The translations under genes and the position numbers were made by a program. A stretch of DNA of 64,000 nucleotides from Eledone cirrhosa (Eukaryota), in NCBI GenBank assembly GCA_964016885.1, contig OZ024743.1:310620001-310684000 (forward strand), given 5' to 3'. Under the pieces are notes generated by a model. It saw only the letters and a program-made list of their open reading frames with translations, was not told where the DNA came from and made no database searches. Below are positions 27,001 through 40,190 of the stretch, one piece after another. How positions within the stretch are numbered: position 1 is the first letter of the stretch; each line of letters opens with the position of its first letter.

Positions 27001-28975
27001 TTCATCTACCACTAAGTTTAGGATATCAACCAAATCTTGTCCTAGCCCGTCAGCATTCATCTCCTCAGTGGCCGTATCTCTGTTCCAGGTATTATTTATC
27101 TCAGCATTAAAATCATTGTCTGCTTCGGGTGGTTCCTCCGTTCTCTCAACCTCTTAGCCTTCATTTCCCACTTGCTCGTTTGCCTGGCATACTCCACTGT
27201 CCATCTCTAAGCTAATCTCTCTGCTCAGTTCCTCCAGTTCCAGCTCGCTTATCCACCCATTAGTTCTTATTATCCGAGCCTGCCCGGCCAATTTTTGTTC
27301 ATCTAATTTAAATAGACCAATCTCGTTCCAGATGTTATGCATCCGTTTCCTATAACCTTTCTCCTTGAGGTTACTCTTCAGGTAACATTGCATAACAGTT
27401 CTATTCAATTCTTTCGTCCAGTTGGTTATGGTCCCTTTGCTTCTTCTTCTTCCTCCGACACCAGCAGTATATGGTTGACAGCCAGGTCCCTGCTGCTGAG
27501 CCAGGGAGCACCTGTTGGGTGAGAGTCTGTCACATGACATTCTAGTCTCCATTTCACCGTTATTGGAACTGTTTAGGTTCGACATTTAAACACTCTTATC
27601 GAGGATTGGCGAATGTATGGTTACATAACCACCGGTGAATTTATCATCTCCGGTAGTTTCGTCACTCCACGTGATTTTTGTGTGGCATTATCACGCTGTA
27701 GACGAACATAAATAAACAAACAAACAAACAGGCAAAAAAAAAACCAAAATTGAATAAGCATAAGTTTCATTGTAATGTAGTGTTTGAATGTCTGTATTAG
27801 TTTTTCCCTTTACTTCTCTGTCTGTCTGTTTGTTTTTCTCTTCATTCTTATCTTCTTTACGTTTTTCGTTGTTGCTGTGCTGCTTTGATTTTGATTTTTG
27901 TTTTTTTGATTTTGACCGTGTCATCAATTCAGTCTATTTATATATTTTGATGCCTTCCTCTTTTAGTGTGGATTCTACAATGTAGCAAGGGGCAGCGGGA
28001 GAGAATAGCGGCGGTAGTAATAATGAGGTAGTGGTGGTGGTGGTGGCGGTGCTGTGCTAGCAGCAACTAGCAGGAGGTAGTGGGAGAGAATAGCGGTGGT
28101 AGCGTTAATGAGGCAGTGGTGGTGGTGATTTGGTCGTAGTTCTGTAGTGATGGTGTTGAAGTTGGAGTAGAAATTTGAGTCGACTTGACCAGAGTTTTCA
28201 TCGTGGTAGTGGTGGTGGTGCTGGTGGTGAAATTATCTTTAGTTATTTAGTCATTTTGTCATTTTCCTCCTTTTCTACTCTCACATTCCTGATCAAAAAT
28301 TAAATATTAATCTTGTTTATTAATATTGACTAGTGATACCGCCATCTTCCCCTTTCGTAATTTAACAGATGGTAATGGCGGGATAGCGGTGGTAGCAATG
28401 AAGGAGTGGTGGCGGCGGTGATGGGATAGTGGTAGTAATGATGGATGGGCGGCGGCGGCGGTGACTGTAGTGATGGCGTTGTCGTTACTGAGTTTTGTTA
28501 AATAGACTGTATTTTTGTTTGATCGGAGAATCTATGGGGTTAGACGCGTATATGTGTTGACATATTACCTTGATATTGGAATTAAACATTTTGTTATTAA
28601 ACATTTTGTTAAAACTTGAGACAATAATAATAGTAATTATTATTATTATGCTGAGATTGGTGGTGGTGGTGGTGAAATTGCCGTTATCTGGCTGTTGTGT
28701 TTAGTGTACACAGAGGGGTGATGGGGTAGGTGGTGTATCTAGTTTCTGGTGTTGGTGAAATTGCTGTTATTTGGCTGTTCTATATAGTGTAGACAGAGGG
28801 AGTTTTCTTCCATTTATAACCATTTTCTTTTTTGAATATAAAATGTATAATACAAAATTGAATATTTGAGCGATATAACAATATATTATGGATCCGAATA
28901 TTTTTGGGACTCAAGCCGGATGCTTTATGCATCATTTGTACTAAGAATTGTTATTTCACAATTGATTTAAATTAA
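24084..28975 (-). mobile_element. R4/Dong-like retrotransposon, copy 2 (ORF 27585-24160, decayed)
   Basis: Same motifs including NRPDLVV; flanked by (TTA)n on both sides. Confidence 0.93.
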
Positions 28976-29011
28976 TTATTATTATTATTATTATTATTAT
29001 TATTGTTATTA

Positions 29012-30758
29012 CTCCTTGAGTCTCAGTCATTGATGTTAGTTAACCGGAAAGTTTGTTGGAATGAATATCAAGCCACTACCTGCAGCCTCAGATATTCAGG
29101 ACGTATCGGAGGGTTCTTGCTGTTCCCAGCAAGCATGCCTTTTGAAGCGTTCCAAAAAGCGGGAAGGGGCGGATTTTCTTTAACCATCCCTGGAAACTTT
29201 TGGAGATAGTCCCCAGTGCGCCTATGACAATCGGGATCAGTTTGACTTCATGGCAGTTCCAAATCCTTTTTACCTCCCACTTTAAGTCCTGGTATCGGTT
29301 AATTTTCTCCCTCTCCTTCTCTTGTACTCTCGTGTCGAATGGGCAGGCCACATCCACAATCAGGCACGATCTTTTTTCCTTTGTCCACAACCACCAGGTC
29401 AGGTCTATTGTGTTCCAGTTTCTTGTCCGTCTGTATCCAAAAATCCCACAGCACCTTCACCTGATCGTTCTCTATCACCGCCTCTGGCTTATGCTCATAC
29501 CATTTCTCAGAATGTGGTAAATTGTTTACTTTGCACAGGTGCCAGTGGATCACCCTACCCATCACATCATGTCTCCAGCCCTTATAGTGAGTCTGGGCTA
29601 TGTGTTTACACTCGGATACAATGTGAGCCACAGTCACCTCTCTCTCTCCACAGATCCTGCACAGTGGGCTAGCCTCCTCCTTGTAAATATGGTGTTTCAA
29701 CCACTTCGTTTTGAGGGCCTGCTCCTGCGCAGCCATTAACATTCCTTCTGTAGCCTTTTTAAGGTCTCCTCTTCTCAACCAGTTCCATGTCTGTGGGTCT
29801 CTAAATTCAGTTTTCTCAAAGAAGGTACTATGAAGGGATTTTTCCTGAAGGCTGCTCTTTCTCCTTGATGTTATTTCCTCCTTGGACATCCCCTGGCCTA
29901 TTGTCCCCTCCTTCAGTACAGTTCTGAGCATTGGCTCCTTACTATCAGTCACGTATTTGTGTAGGTTGTTTTTCTCCATCTGAACACAGTCCTCTATGCT
30001 GATAAGACCTCTTCCAACCTCAGATCTCCTTAAGTAGAGTCTATCGACATTACTCCTCCTGTGGAACATGTTGTAGATAGTCAATAGCTTCCTAGTCTTC
30101 CTATCCATTCTTTTAGTTCAGCAACATTCCATCTCAGAATTCCCGCACTGTACCTAATAATAGACACAGCTCGGGAATTTACTGCGCTTATGGCATTTCT
30201 GCTGTTCAGATGTGACTTCAATACGTTCCTTACTCTCCGAATGTATTCAGTTCTTAACAATTCCTTCATTTTTTTGTTCCGTATGCCATCAGCCTCCAGA
30301 ACGCCCAAATACTTGTATCCTTCCTCGGAGTCAATTACCTTTATCATCTCACCTGTTGGTATCTGGATTCCGTTACTTCTGCTCAACCTACCCCTCCTCA
30401 TCACAATGACTCCACACTTACTAATACCAAATTGCATACATATATCACTGCTGAAAATACGGACAGTGTCAACAAGCACATCCAACTCCTTCTCACTCTT
30501 CCCGAAGAGCTTAAGATTGTCCATGAAGAGGAGGTGATTGATGGTAAGCCCTCCCTTTCCCAACCTGTATCCTGCTCTCACTTTTCGCAGTACACTGGTC
30601 AGGGGCATCAGGGCAAGGACAAACAACAGAGGGGACAGGCTATCTCCCTGGAAGATACCTCTCTTGATCTTCACGCTTCCCAAGGATTCTCCAGTTGATG
30701 TCAACTCTGTTTCCCAGGACCTCATACTTTTGCCCAACAACTGTCTGATGTTATCTGC

Positions 30759-30760
<2 letters not shown>
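29012..30760 (-). mobile_element. R4/Dong-like copy 3, 5'-truncated
   Basis: RT C-half to 3' UTR, between (TTA)n tracts. Confidence 0.93.
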
Positions 30761-30834
<74 letters not shown>

Positions 30835-30835
<1 letters not shown>

Positions 30836-31218
30836 CTTGAATCTCAGTCATTGATGTTGGTTAACTGGAAAGTTCGTTGGAATGAATATCAAGCCACTAC
30901 CTGCATCCTCAGATATTCAGGACGTATTGGAGTATTCTTGCTGTTCCCAGCAAGCATGCCTTTTGAAGCGTTCCAAAAAGCGTGAAGGGGCCGATTTTCT
31001 TTAACCATCCTTGGAAACTTTTGGAGATAGTCCCCAGTGCGCCTATGACAATCGGGATCACTTTGACTTCATGGCATTTCCAAATCCTTTTTACCTCCCA
31101 CTTTAAGTCCTGGTACCGGTGAATTTTCTCTCTCTCCTTCTCTTGCACTCTCGTGTCGAATGGGCAGGCCACATCCACAATCAGACACGATCTTTTTTCT
31201 TTGTCCACAATCACCAGG

Positions 31219-31219
<1 letters not shown>
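30835..31219 (-). mobile_element. R4/Dong-like copy 4, 5'-truncated (RLE + 3' UTR)
   Basis: ORF 30909-31214 with D.ACPFD and LQKACLLGTARIL; between (TTA)n tracts. Confidence 0.92.
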
Positions 31220-31285
<66 letters not shown>

Positions 31286-31325
31286 TATTATTATTATTAT
31301 TATTATTATTGTTATTATTATTATT

Positions 31326-31587
31326 TGAGTCTCAGTCATTGATGTTATTTAACTGGAAAGTTTGTTGAAATGAGTATCAAGCCGCTACCTGCAGCCTCAG
31401 ATGTTCAGGACGTATCGGCGGTCTCTCGCTGTTCCCAGCAAGGATGCCTTTTGAAGTGTTCCAAAAAGCGGGGCTGGACAAATCTTCTTTAACCATCCTT
31501 GGAAACTCTTTGAGATAGTACCTAGTGCGTCTATGACAACCGGGACGACCTTGACTTCATTGCAGTTCCAAATCCTTTATAACTCCA
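31326..31587 (-). mobile_element. R4/Dong-like copy 5, short and more divergent
   Basis: Same 3' UTR (GAGTCTCAGTCATTGATG on plus strand) and RLE end; between (TTA)n tracts. Confidence 0.88.
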
Positions 31588-31619
31588 ATTATTATTACCT
31601 ACCATTACTATTACCAGGA

Positions 31620-31960
31620 CGTGGATTGGCAGTATTGGTAGAGTGTCGGACGCCATGCTTTGTAGCATAGAGTTACGCCCCTTTATGATCCGAGTTCAAA
31701 TCCCGCCGAGGTTAACTTTGCCTTTCATCCTTATGGGGTCGATAAAATAAAGTACCAGTAATGCACTGGGTATTTGCTGGCGTTGTGCCAAAAGTAGAAA
31801 CAATTATTATTACCAGTAATACGGGGTCGATAAAATAAAATAAAGTACCAGTAATACACTGGGATAATTGCTGGCCTTGTGCCAAAAGTAGAAACAATTA
31901 TTATTACCAGTAATGCACTGGGTATTTGCTGGGCTTGTGCCAAAAGTAGAAACAATTATT
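31620..31960 (+). mobile_element. tRNA-derived SINE with reiterated 3' tail modules
   Basis: Full SINE 31620-31806, followed by two repeats of TACCAGTAA...GTGCCAAAAGTAGAAACAATTATT. Confidence 0.9.
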
Positions 31961-32218
31961 ATTATTATTATATTATCATTATTATTGGTCTAATCGGACG
32001 TATTTTGCTCGCTCCCAGTAAGTCGCTTTATTTGCCTGTTAAAATTATTAGTTGTTAAATATTTCTTGTTGTGTAAGGGATATAAGCCCTTAGACTTTGC
32101 CCTGGGAAGGGGAAAGTATAGTATTTGGGTCTTTTGGCCCAAATATTTGAACTTTCTTTACATTTTAAAAAATTTACGGAGAAAAGAAAAACCTGGCTGA
32201 GCCACGTCCCCCAGCGAT

Positions 32219-34128
32219 ATGTCTGCTGTCGTGCGACACCGATGTAGAAGTTGAGAGGAGCGTTACAGCGAAATTAACACAAATTGATAACACAAACACC
32301 ACCACAAACAATGTAAACAAAGACACCAATGATACCAATGAGAACTCTAATTTGAAAAAAATGACAGTAACAGCGACAACGAAAATACAGATAACAAAAA
32401 AAAATGACAAATGCAACAACAATATCAACACCACTAACATGAAAACAAATAGCGACAACACCAACAACAACAATACCAACTGCACCGATAACAACGGTGG
32501 CAACAAAGACAACAATGATAACAGCGACAGTGATAATAACAACACCAACAAGAACAACGACAACGACAACAACACCCCCAACGAAAACAAGAAGAACACT
32601 TTCGCTGCGGCAGCAGCAAAAAAGAGTCCATGCTTCAACATGGACCTCTCAAACAAAAATGAAAAGTTGGCCCAGGCATGGAAGCTCATCAAGCAAGAGC
32701 AAACCTGGGCCAACTTAACTGTACCGGTAGAAGCTATTGAGGCAGTTTAGCGCAGAACGGTGCATTATAGATGCATCTCAGCACAAACAAAAAGGGCAGC
32801 TTTAATCCCACAAGCAGATGTCGAAGTCGCGCTGAGGTGCATCAGAGAAGACACCGAATACATAGCGAGGGGCAGACAGTACGGCACCATTTCGGTGTTG
32901 TTCAAGTCAGAAGCCCTCGCTATGAAACACGCTATGACTCCTTGCAAAACCAGCAAGGTCATAATGTACCCCTCCCACATGGGAAAAAGAACGGCCCGTC
33001 TCTGCATTCCCAGAATCTCACCAGGACATGACATGTGGTGGCTTCTGGGGTGTGTGATTGTGGAGGGGACGAATACCGTCCCTATAGAAGTGACCAGAAC
33101 GGCCAGAGAGGACTGGTCCGGGGTTGACCTGGAGATCCTTCTCCAGAGAATATGAAGACAATCCCCGGAACACATCCGCCTTCAGAATGGGACGATCATT
33201 CACATTATGACCGAAGGTTAAATGGCCGCATTGTTTTGTTTGTGGGGAAAAAACCCATTTGTGAGCCTTCTGCCCTCAACTACTGAAAGAGGCAAGGGGT
33301 CGAAAGGCTCCACTGCTGCCGACGCCGGGGCGAGGACCACAACCAACACCAGCACCGTCAAAAGCACCAACAACAACACCAATAGGAAGACCACCACCAA
33401 CATTAACCACCCAGGAGGGAAACGAGAAAAGCTGTCAAATTCCCTCTCCCCTCAAAAATACACAGACCAATAAAACCATAAACATACACACAGACACACT
33501 TACCGACACAGACCCCTCATCTACCAGTAGTGAAGATGAGGGAAAACCCAAATCCCCCAAAATACAAAAAAGGAAACACAAAAAGAAAAAAAAACTCAAC
33601 AAAGCACAAAATCACCTCTATAAAACGCAGACACCACCCACGCAAACATCTCTCCAATAACACCAACATCAACACCACCATCACCATCACTAGAATCCCC
33701 CAAACGCAAACAACCTAAACAGACGCAAGAACAAATACACACAAACATCTGAAACCACAGACACCGCACTCACAACAAACACAGACACAACCGAAACAAC
33801 ACCATCAGAACCATCACCACCACAACCACGCAAACAAATAAAATCACACCAACAAAACATACAAAACTTCGTCCTCGTCAGGAGGGCCAACAATGAACTG
33901 ATGGCCCTCGTAGCACAAGTGGAAATATACAAAAAGAGGGGGAAATTTTTAAATCGAGCACATTTCGCGTGCCGGAAGATTTAATTCTGGTGCGAATATC
34001 GCTCGATTTATACAAAGAAATACGAGACAGCTTTCCTCGGGACGTGGGAACCCCGAACGTAAAACCCACTTCAAGACTTTTAAAGGGGTTCCCAAAAGAA
34101 ACCCCACCAACTATGGAGGTCGAATAAC
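32219..34128 (+). pseudogene. Tx1 ORF1 (gag-like) remnant
   Basis: Low-complexity N/T-rich N-terminus, TFAAAA motif, CCHC knuckle CFVCGEKTHL*AFC at 33232-33273; multiple stops. Confidence 0.7.
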
Positions 34129-34192
34129 CCAACCTTCACAAGAGCCCGGAAGGTAAGTAAACCTTTCCTCTCTCTCTTTTTAACCTACCAAT

Positions 34193-37100
34193 ATGGCCGT
34201 ATTAAGAGTAGGATGTTTAAATGTTCGAAGCCTGGGATCGTCCTGGAAGCAGGGTTACCTGCTCAACGACCTCAGGTCTCTAGAAATGGATGTAATTGCC
34301 GTCAGCGAGACCCGGATTTCAGACCCGCGCGCACTAACCCCCATTTTCAACGACTATCAGATCTTTGAATCTGTTAGCCGGCCTGGAATGGGAGGCGGGG
34401 TGGCAGTGCTGTTTAGGAAAGGCCTGGATCTCGAGGTAAGATCGATCTTCCGGGACCCCGACGGGAAGTTGGTGGTCCTGGACGTGAACAATAACGAAGG
34501 TGGTGCCTTTAGACTGGTGGCCGTCTATGCTCCTACTGGGGCAGGACAGCCGGCCTCTTTAGACGCCTCGAAGCCTTTCTGTGTACGTCTCGCTCTTTAC
34601 TGTTAGCGGGGGACTGGAACGGCATCTTAGACGCACGCTGGGACTCTGTGGGAGTAACCGATAGGAGCGAGGGGTGCAAAAGCCTCAAGAACCTTATCAG
34701 CCAGTTCCAACTGTCTGACCGGTACCGACTAGATTTCCCTAATGCGCCAGTGTGGACCTGGACTAACCGCATAGGGTCATCTAGATCGTATATAGACAGG
34801 ATATTCATTAGGAAAATAGACAGAAATAGTGTAAGCTGTCCTCGTTTTGAAACGGTCCCCTATTCAGATCACAAGTTTGTGATCTGTATGGTCGACCTAG
34901 ATAAGACGCGTAGGTTAGGACCTGGTTACTGGAAGCTAAACATGTCATTTCCGGCACGTAGGGCTTACAAGGATTAATGTAATTAATAAAAATTTGACAG
35001 GGGGAGTCGTCAACAATTGATGTGGGGGGGGGGGGGGCTCTCAAAAGAGAGATTAAAGTAATGTCGATAGAGTTGAGCAAAGAAGTAGCGTTAGAGAAAA
35101 ATAGAAGGGAGCGGGGGTTAGTAGATAAGTTAGAGGAGGCTATTGGTAGTGGCATTGCAACTAACGTGTTAGCGGCGAGAATGGCATTAGATCATTTCTT
35201 CAATGCGAAACACGAAGGTTGCATTGTCAGAGCTAAGGCGCGTGCTCTGAGAAACGAGAGAACCAAAGCTGTTCGATTGGCTCGCGTGGCAGAGGCGCAG
35301 GGTGGTAATAAAACCACGATTCGGTCTTTGACAGATCGAGACGGACACGAGCTGACCGATACCAAGCGGATGTGTGAGGCCTTTCGCCAACATTTTTCTC
35401 GGTTGTTCGGGGTAAGTGGCGGTTCAGAGATGGTGGCGCACTTCAGTCTCTTCCTCGATGGCTCGCCGCAACTCTCGACGGCTCCGCTGGGCGCTGCGAA
35501 AGGCCAATTACTTCAGCCGAGATTACGGATGCCCTTGTCGGCTGCATGAGGCGCAAGTCACCCGGCTTGGATGGTCTGCCCTACGAACTTTACGTAAATA
35601 TGCCAGACTTGTTCTCCACTCTCCTCCAAGCCCTCTACCTTAACTGGTAGCAAAACGGGAGTATTCCCAGTTCTGTGAGCCGGGGCGTAGTGACGCTGAT
35701 AAGAAGAGACGAGAACAAGAGGGACACATTAGACAATTTCAGGCCCATAATTCTGCTCAACAGAGAGTTTAAGATTTTGGACAGGGTGGAAGAGGTTGGC
35801 GCTTGTCGTCGGGGATTTGGTTGGGGAGGCGCAAACTTGCACAATCCCAACATAGGTCCATACAACCTCCACCTAATGCGATACATCATAGAGAAGGTAG
35901 GGTGTAAACCCGGCTTCGGTGGGGCTCTGATCAATTTAGATCAATCGAAAGCATTGGATAGGGCCGACCATCGGTATCTGGAGGCTGTCCTCAAGGCGGC
36001 TGAGTTCGGCCCCGTCTTCAGAAGCTGGATCGCTGCAATGCACAACGGCAACTGCTCGATGGTCAAAATTAATGGCCACCTCTCGGAACCGTTTCAGGTC
36101 TCCTGATCGGTCCGTCAAGGGTGCCCTCTCTCCTCCCTTCTGTACGTATTGACTCTCGAGCCCTTACTGCGGAAGCTGGAGCTGTTGCAGGGCATCCCGC
36201 TCTAACCGGGACGCGGAAAGGCTGTGTCGGCTTATGCGGACGACATCACCGTGATGGTGTTGGACACTTCAGAAATGGTCGGCAACTTATTGGGGGAATA
36301 TGAAAGGTTGACGGGCACAAAACCTAACCCGGAAAAGTCGGTGGGCTTGCAACTCGGCACCTGGAGAGGCAAGTCCATGCCGTCCAACAGCGTCGTTAGG
36401 CGCTGGACGGACGGACCGGTAAAGTTGCTCGGGGTTTGATTCGGGCCAGACCTCCAGGTGGATAAGAATTGGGACGAGGTAACGGGCAGGGTAGCCAGTC
36501 TCACCCAGAAATGGGCTGGGATGAAGCTATCACTGAATGGTCGGGGGGAGGTGGCGAAGGCGTACATCGCGTCCGTCATCTACTACCGTCTGACCGTCGT
36601 CTCTTGCCCCCGTTTGCGCCTCGCCATCTTGGAGCGGCTCCTCTTCAAATTATTGTGGAGGGGGTCAGGTTCCGCTGGTGAGGCGGTCCATCTGCAGCCA
36701 GCACCCTCTACGTGGAGGGCTGGGCATGCCGTGGCTAATGATACGCAGGCACGCGCTGAGGCTGCGGCATCTCCAGATATTCTGTCTAAAGGGTGAACAT
36801 GTGTGGTCGCCGTTTGTCAGACGGGACTTTCCGCAGCTCGTTTCATTTGACAGGGCTGCAATCCTGAGTCAAGAAGAGACCGAGACTTGGTGGCTGGCAT
36901 CTGGAATGTTGCCATGCACTCACTGCTCTCTACCAGGCGGGAAATGCGGTCTGTGGAACTTCCACTCTCGAGTTCTAAGAAGATTAGTGGTGGGCAAGTG
37001 CGACGACGCACTAGGAGAGGCTCTGGGAGTCGACGAAGTCGAACTAACCAGTCTGTATTGGAGGACTTTCGAGCCGGGGGCGATGGATAATTTCCAAAAA

Positions 37101-37616
37101 TCCCTCGCTTGGCAGTGCTAACGGGGGGCACTGCCGGTTAGATATAAACTCTACAGGCACGGAAGTGCTGTCAGACGGACCTGCCCGAGATGCGCGCAGA
37201 GCGACGAAACCGTTCTGCACGCACTTGTCCAGTGCCCGTGCATTACTGACTTGTGGAGTTATGTTGAACAGCTGTTGTCGCGTGTAGAACGGATCCAGCT
37301 ATCGTCCGAGTCCATAGTGAAGATCGACCCGCCGCCTTCTTTTGGCCAGGAAGGGCAGGCAATTTTCCTCTTTCTGGTGGCAGTAGCGAAAGAGGTTGTA
37401 TGGTGGACGGGGTTGAAAGGACTGAAGACAGACACTTTTCTCTTCGGCCAATCCCTCATCAACTTTTTCAAGTTTCACTTGGAAAGGAAGGTGAGGGTGG
37501 CGAGAGAAGTGCTGCCCCCCCCCCCCCCATCCCCCAACAGTACATTTTCTGAAAGGTGGGTGAATGTGGCGAGAATGGCCCGTGTGAGTGGACCTACTCT
37601 GGTCATGCGGCTGTAG
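34193..37616 (+). pseudogene. Tx1 ORF2: APE endonuclease + RT + Zn knuckle, many frameshifts
   Basis: GCLNVRSL, AVSET, AVYAP, AGDWN, SYIDRIF, SDHK, GYWKLN, NFRPIILLN, LDQSKALDR, AYADDI, GGLGMP. Confidence 0.93.
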
Positions 37617-37876
37617 GTAGGAACATTTAAGGAGGAGAGAGGTGCCCTTCCTGGGTGCTCTCGAAGAGTCGGGTCGTTCAGGATTGGTGGGGTACCTGAG
37701 TGAACCCTGGGTGGTCAGCCCCCCTATTGGGGAATTTTTTCATATTGTAATTTTATTGTTACTTTGTTATTGCTATTCATATTGTTTACTCGATATTTCT
37801 GTAAACCCCACCGTCCCAGTCTTTTGTATTGTCCCCTATATGTCGGCCCTTGTGGCCAATGAATGAAATCATTATT

Positions 37877-38050
37877 TGGCAGTATCGGTAGAGGGTTGGA
37901 CGCCATGCTTTCTAGCATAGTTACGTCCCTTTACAGTCTGAGTTCAAATCCCGCCGAGGTTAACTTTGCCTTTCATCCTTACGGGGTCGATAAAATAAAG
38001 TACCAGTAATGTACTGGGTAATTGCTGGCCTTGTGCCAAATGTAGAAACA

Positions 38051-38084
<34 letters not shown>

Positions 38085-38191
38085 GAGATACGCCCCTTTA
38101 TGATCCGAGTTCAAATCCCGCCGAGGTTAACTTTGCCTCTCATCCGTACTGGGTCGATAAAATAAAGTACTAGTAATGCACTGGGTAATTG
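37877..38191 (+). mobile_element. Two adjacent SINE copies (37877-38052 with (ATT)n tail; 38084-38191 partial)
   Basis: SINE core GAGTTCAAATCCCGCCGAGGTTAAC occurs twice. Confidence 0.9.
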
Positions 38192-38409
38192 GTGGAAAAC
38201 TGGGAGAGGGCACTTGCCCTGGTGGTCGGGGTCACCGTGGCTTCTTTAATGGGCTTTCTCCACGATGGCCCTCGGAAGTCTCCCTCCTATTGGGGAATTT
38301 TTCATCGTTCTTTTTCGTTTTTTTTACACGCAGAAATGCCCATTTGTACCGTCCTGTATTGTCCTTAATGTCTACGTTGTGTAAACACTTGCGGTTAATA
38401 AAGAAAGCA
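38192..38409 (+). mobile_element. Tx1-like 3' UTR fragment
   Basis: Shares CCTATTGGGGAATTTTT and ACCGTCC..TATTGTCC with the 3' UTR at 37640-37865; ends AATAAAGAAAGC then ATTATT. Confidence 0.65.
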
Positions 38410-38593
38410 TTATTATGGCTACTGCTATATCAACTGATTGCCCTTAAATAATGTATATATATATATATATATATATTATTCTGTTCACTGATACGTCACT
38501 CGATAAGATTTGTCCCTAAACTAACAAAATCATTTATCATAAAACGTGAGTTATCCTTTCTGAAGAGATAATACTTGGAATACGCTAAATAGA

Positions 38594-38653
<60 letters not shown>

Positions 38654-38730
38654 TATGTGTGTGTGTATGTGTGTGTGTGTGTGTGTGTGTTTGTAAGTAT
38701 GTGTACATGTGTGTGTATGTGTGTGTTTGT

Positions 38731-39010
38731 GAAGGCACGTGCTTAGGCTATGCAGCTCAAGATCGTAATCTGTGAGTTCTACTTCAGGCGCAGCGTTATT
38801 TCACACACCTCCCGTCAACTCAGCTGGCAAATATGATTTTTACCTGTAATTCGAACGGCTAGCTTTGCCAAATTCTGTGTCTTGCTGAATTTCCCTAAAA
38901 ACTACGTTAAGTGTACGCGTGTCTAAGGCATGCTCAGTCATATGCATGAGCAAGCTTTTCCATTTTTCGTATCAACTGTAACGCTATTCGTCGTAACCGG
39001 TGGGGTGCCA
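38731..39010 (+). mobile_element. Degraded SINE of a second family
   Basis: GAAGGCACGTG head, CTCAGCTGGCAAA, AACTACGTTAAG..TACGCGTGTCT and TCGTCGTAACCG. Recognised from memory as a common octopus repeat, not verified. Confidence 0.55.
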
Positions 39011-39419
39011 GGTTATCTTTCTCTCTCTCCCCTCCTCCCACTATCTAAACGCTAAAGATAAAGAGTTTAGTATAACATTCATTTATTCCGTAACGATATT
39101 TTCTGAATTAATCTTCCCCGCGGCTGCAATGCCACATAATTATTTTCACTATGAAAATTGCATAACACTTTGCAACCGAGGTCGAAGTCAATTGGACAGG
39201 TGATCAGACAGGTATAAGACCGGAGTGATTACGTCAGCAAGTATAATAGATCCCAAAATATAATTAGAAATAAATAAATAAATAAATAAATACATAAGTA
39301 CAAGAAAATAAATAAATAAATAAATAAAGACAGGAGCGGGAAAAAGAAAAATGAAGGGAGACAGGTAGAGAAAGGCAGAGAGCGAAAGAAACATAGTAGA
39401 GATTGCAAATTGTAAATCA

Positions 39420-39915
39420 GCTTCAATATTGAAATGTTCATCACGTAACTCCTTGGGGAATCGTATCGGCACCGCATTGACATACGTTGTATCTAGGGCA
39501 TTTTTAAACCCTTGACAGTTCATCTCCTCTCCTGATCCGAATACAACCTTACATCCATTTACATACTGTCTCGATTAAACAGGGATTTTCCATTTGATTG
39601 AGTGGTTCACGCCCGCCTTATTGAGTTAGCCTACGTCGATCGCTTGTCTCGGTGTCTACAAGTTGTCTAATGGTTAAGAAAGCGCTTTTTAAACCGGCCT
39701 TCCGAAATACCCACATACGTCCTGCCTTCTTGCTGTTGGTTTTGCCGAGTTGTTATAACTTCGGCCTCATAGACAACTCCAGGTACGTTACACTGTTGAT
39801 TTAGAGGACAGAATTCTGGGTTTCTTCAAGAACACCCGTGGGAGGGAGCGCTCTTGGTGTTGATGGTGATGTGGGCTTTCATATTTTTAACAGAGGGATA
39901 TCCGAGTTTCAGTAC
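39420..39915 (-). pseudogene. PLE GIY-YIG endonuclease fragment, 5'-truncated at (TA)n
   Basis: Manual minus-strand translation: FCPLNQQCNVPGVVYEAEV...RTYVGISEGRFKKRFLNH*. Confidence 0.8.
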
Positions 39916-39928
39916 AATATATATATAC

Positions 39929-40027
<99 letters not shown>

Positions 40028-40147
40028 TATAGACATAGAATATTCGAAAATATTCTGTATGTTTATAATAAACATTTTGAAGACCTAATCGCTATAGAAT
40101 AGAATACGTCACGTATTACAATTAGATTCTCGATAAAAGCAAGGGAA

Positions 40148-40190
40148 GTAATCTACGCGTTTCATTCTCGTTAGAAATCATCAGGACTAC
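40148..40190 (-). ncRNA. Minimal type I HHR, minus arm (also 40458-40500, 40767-40809, 41077-41119, 41387-41429)
   Basis: Exact reverse complement of 41581-41623. Confidence 0.9.

Larger units (their letters stand above)
31987..37870 (+). mobile_element. Full-length decayed Tx1/L1-clade LINE (two ORFs)
   Basis: ORF1 remnants, ORF2 remnants and a 3' UTR ending GCCAATGAATGAAATC; ATT repeats at both ends. Exact 5' end uncertain (31987 or ~32097). Confidence 0.88.

Noticed and set aside
19834-30840. Numerous plus-strand ORFs over the Dong array
   Set aside because: Antisense shadows of the retrotransposon ORF.
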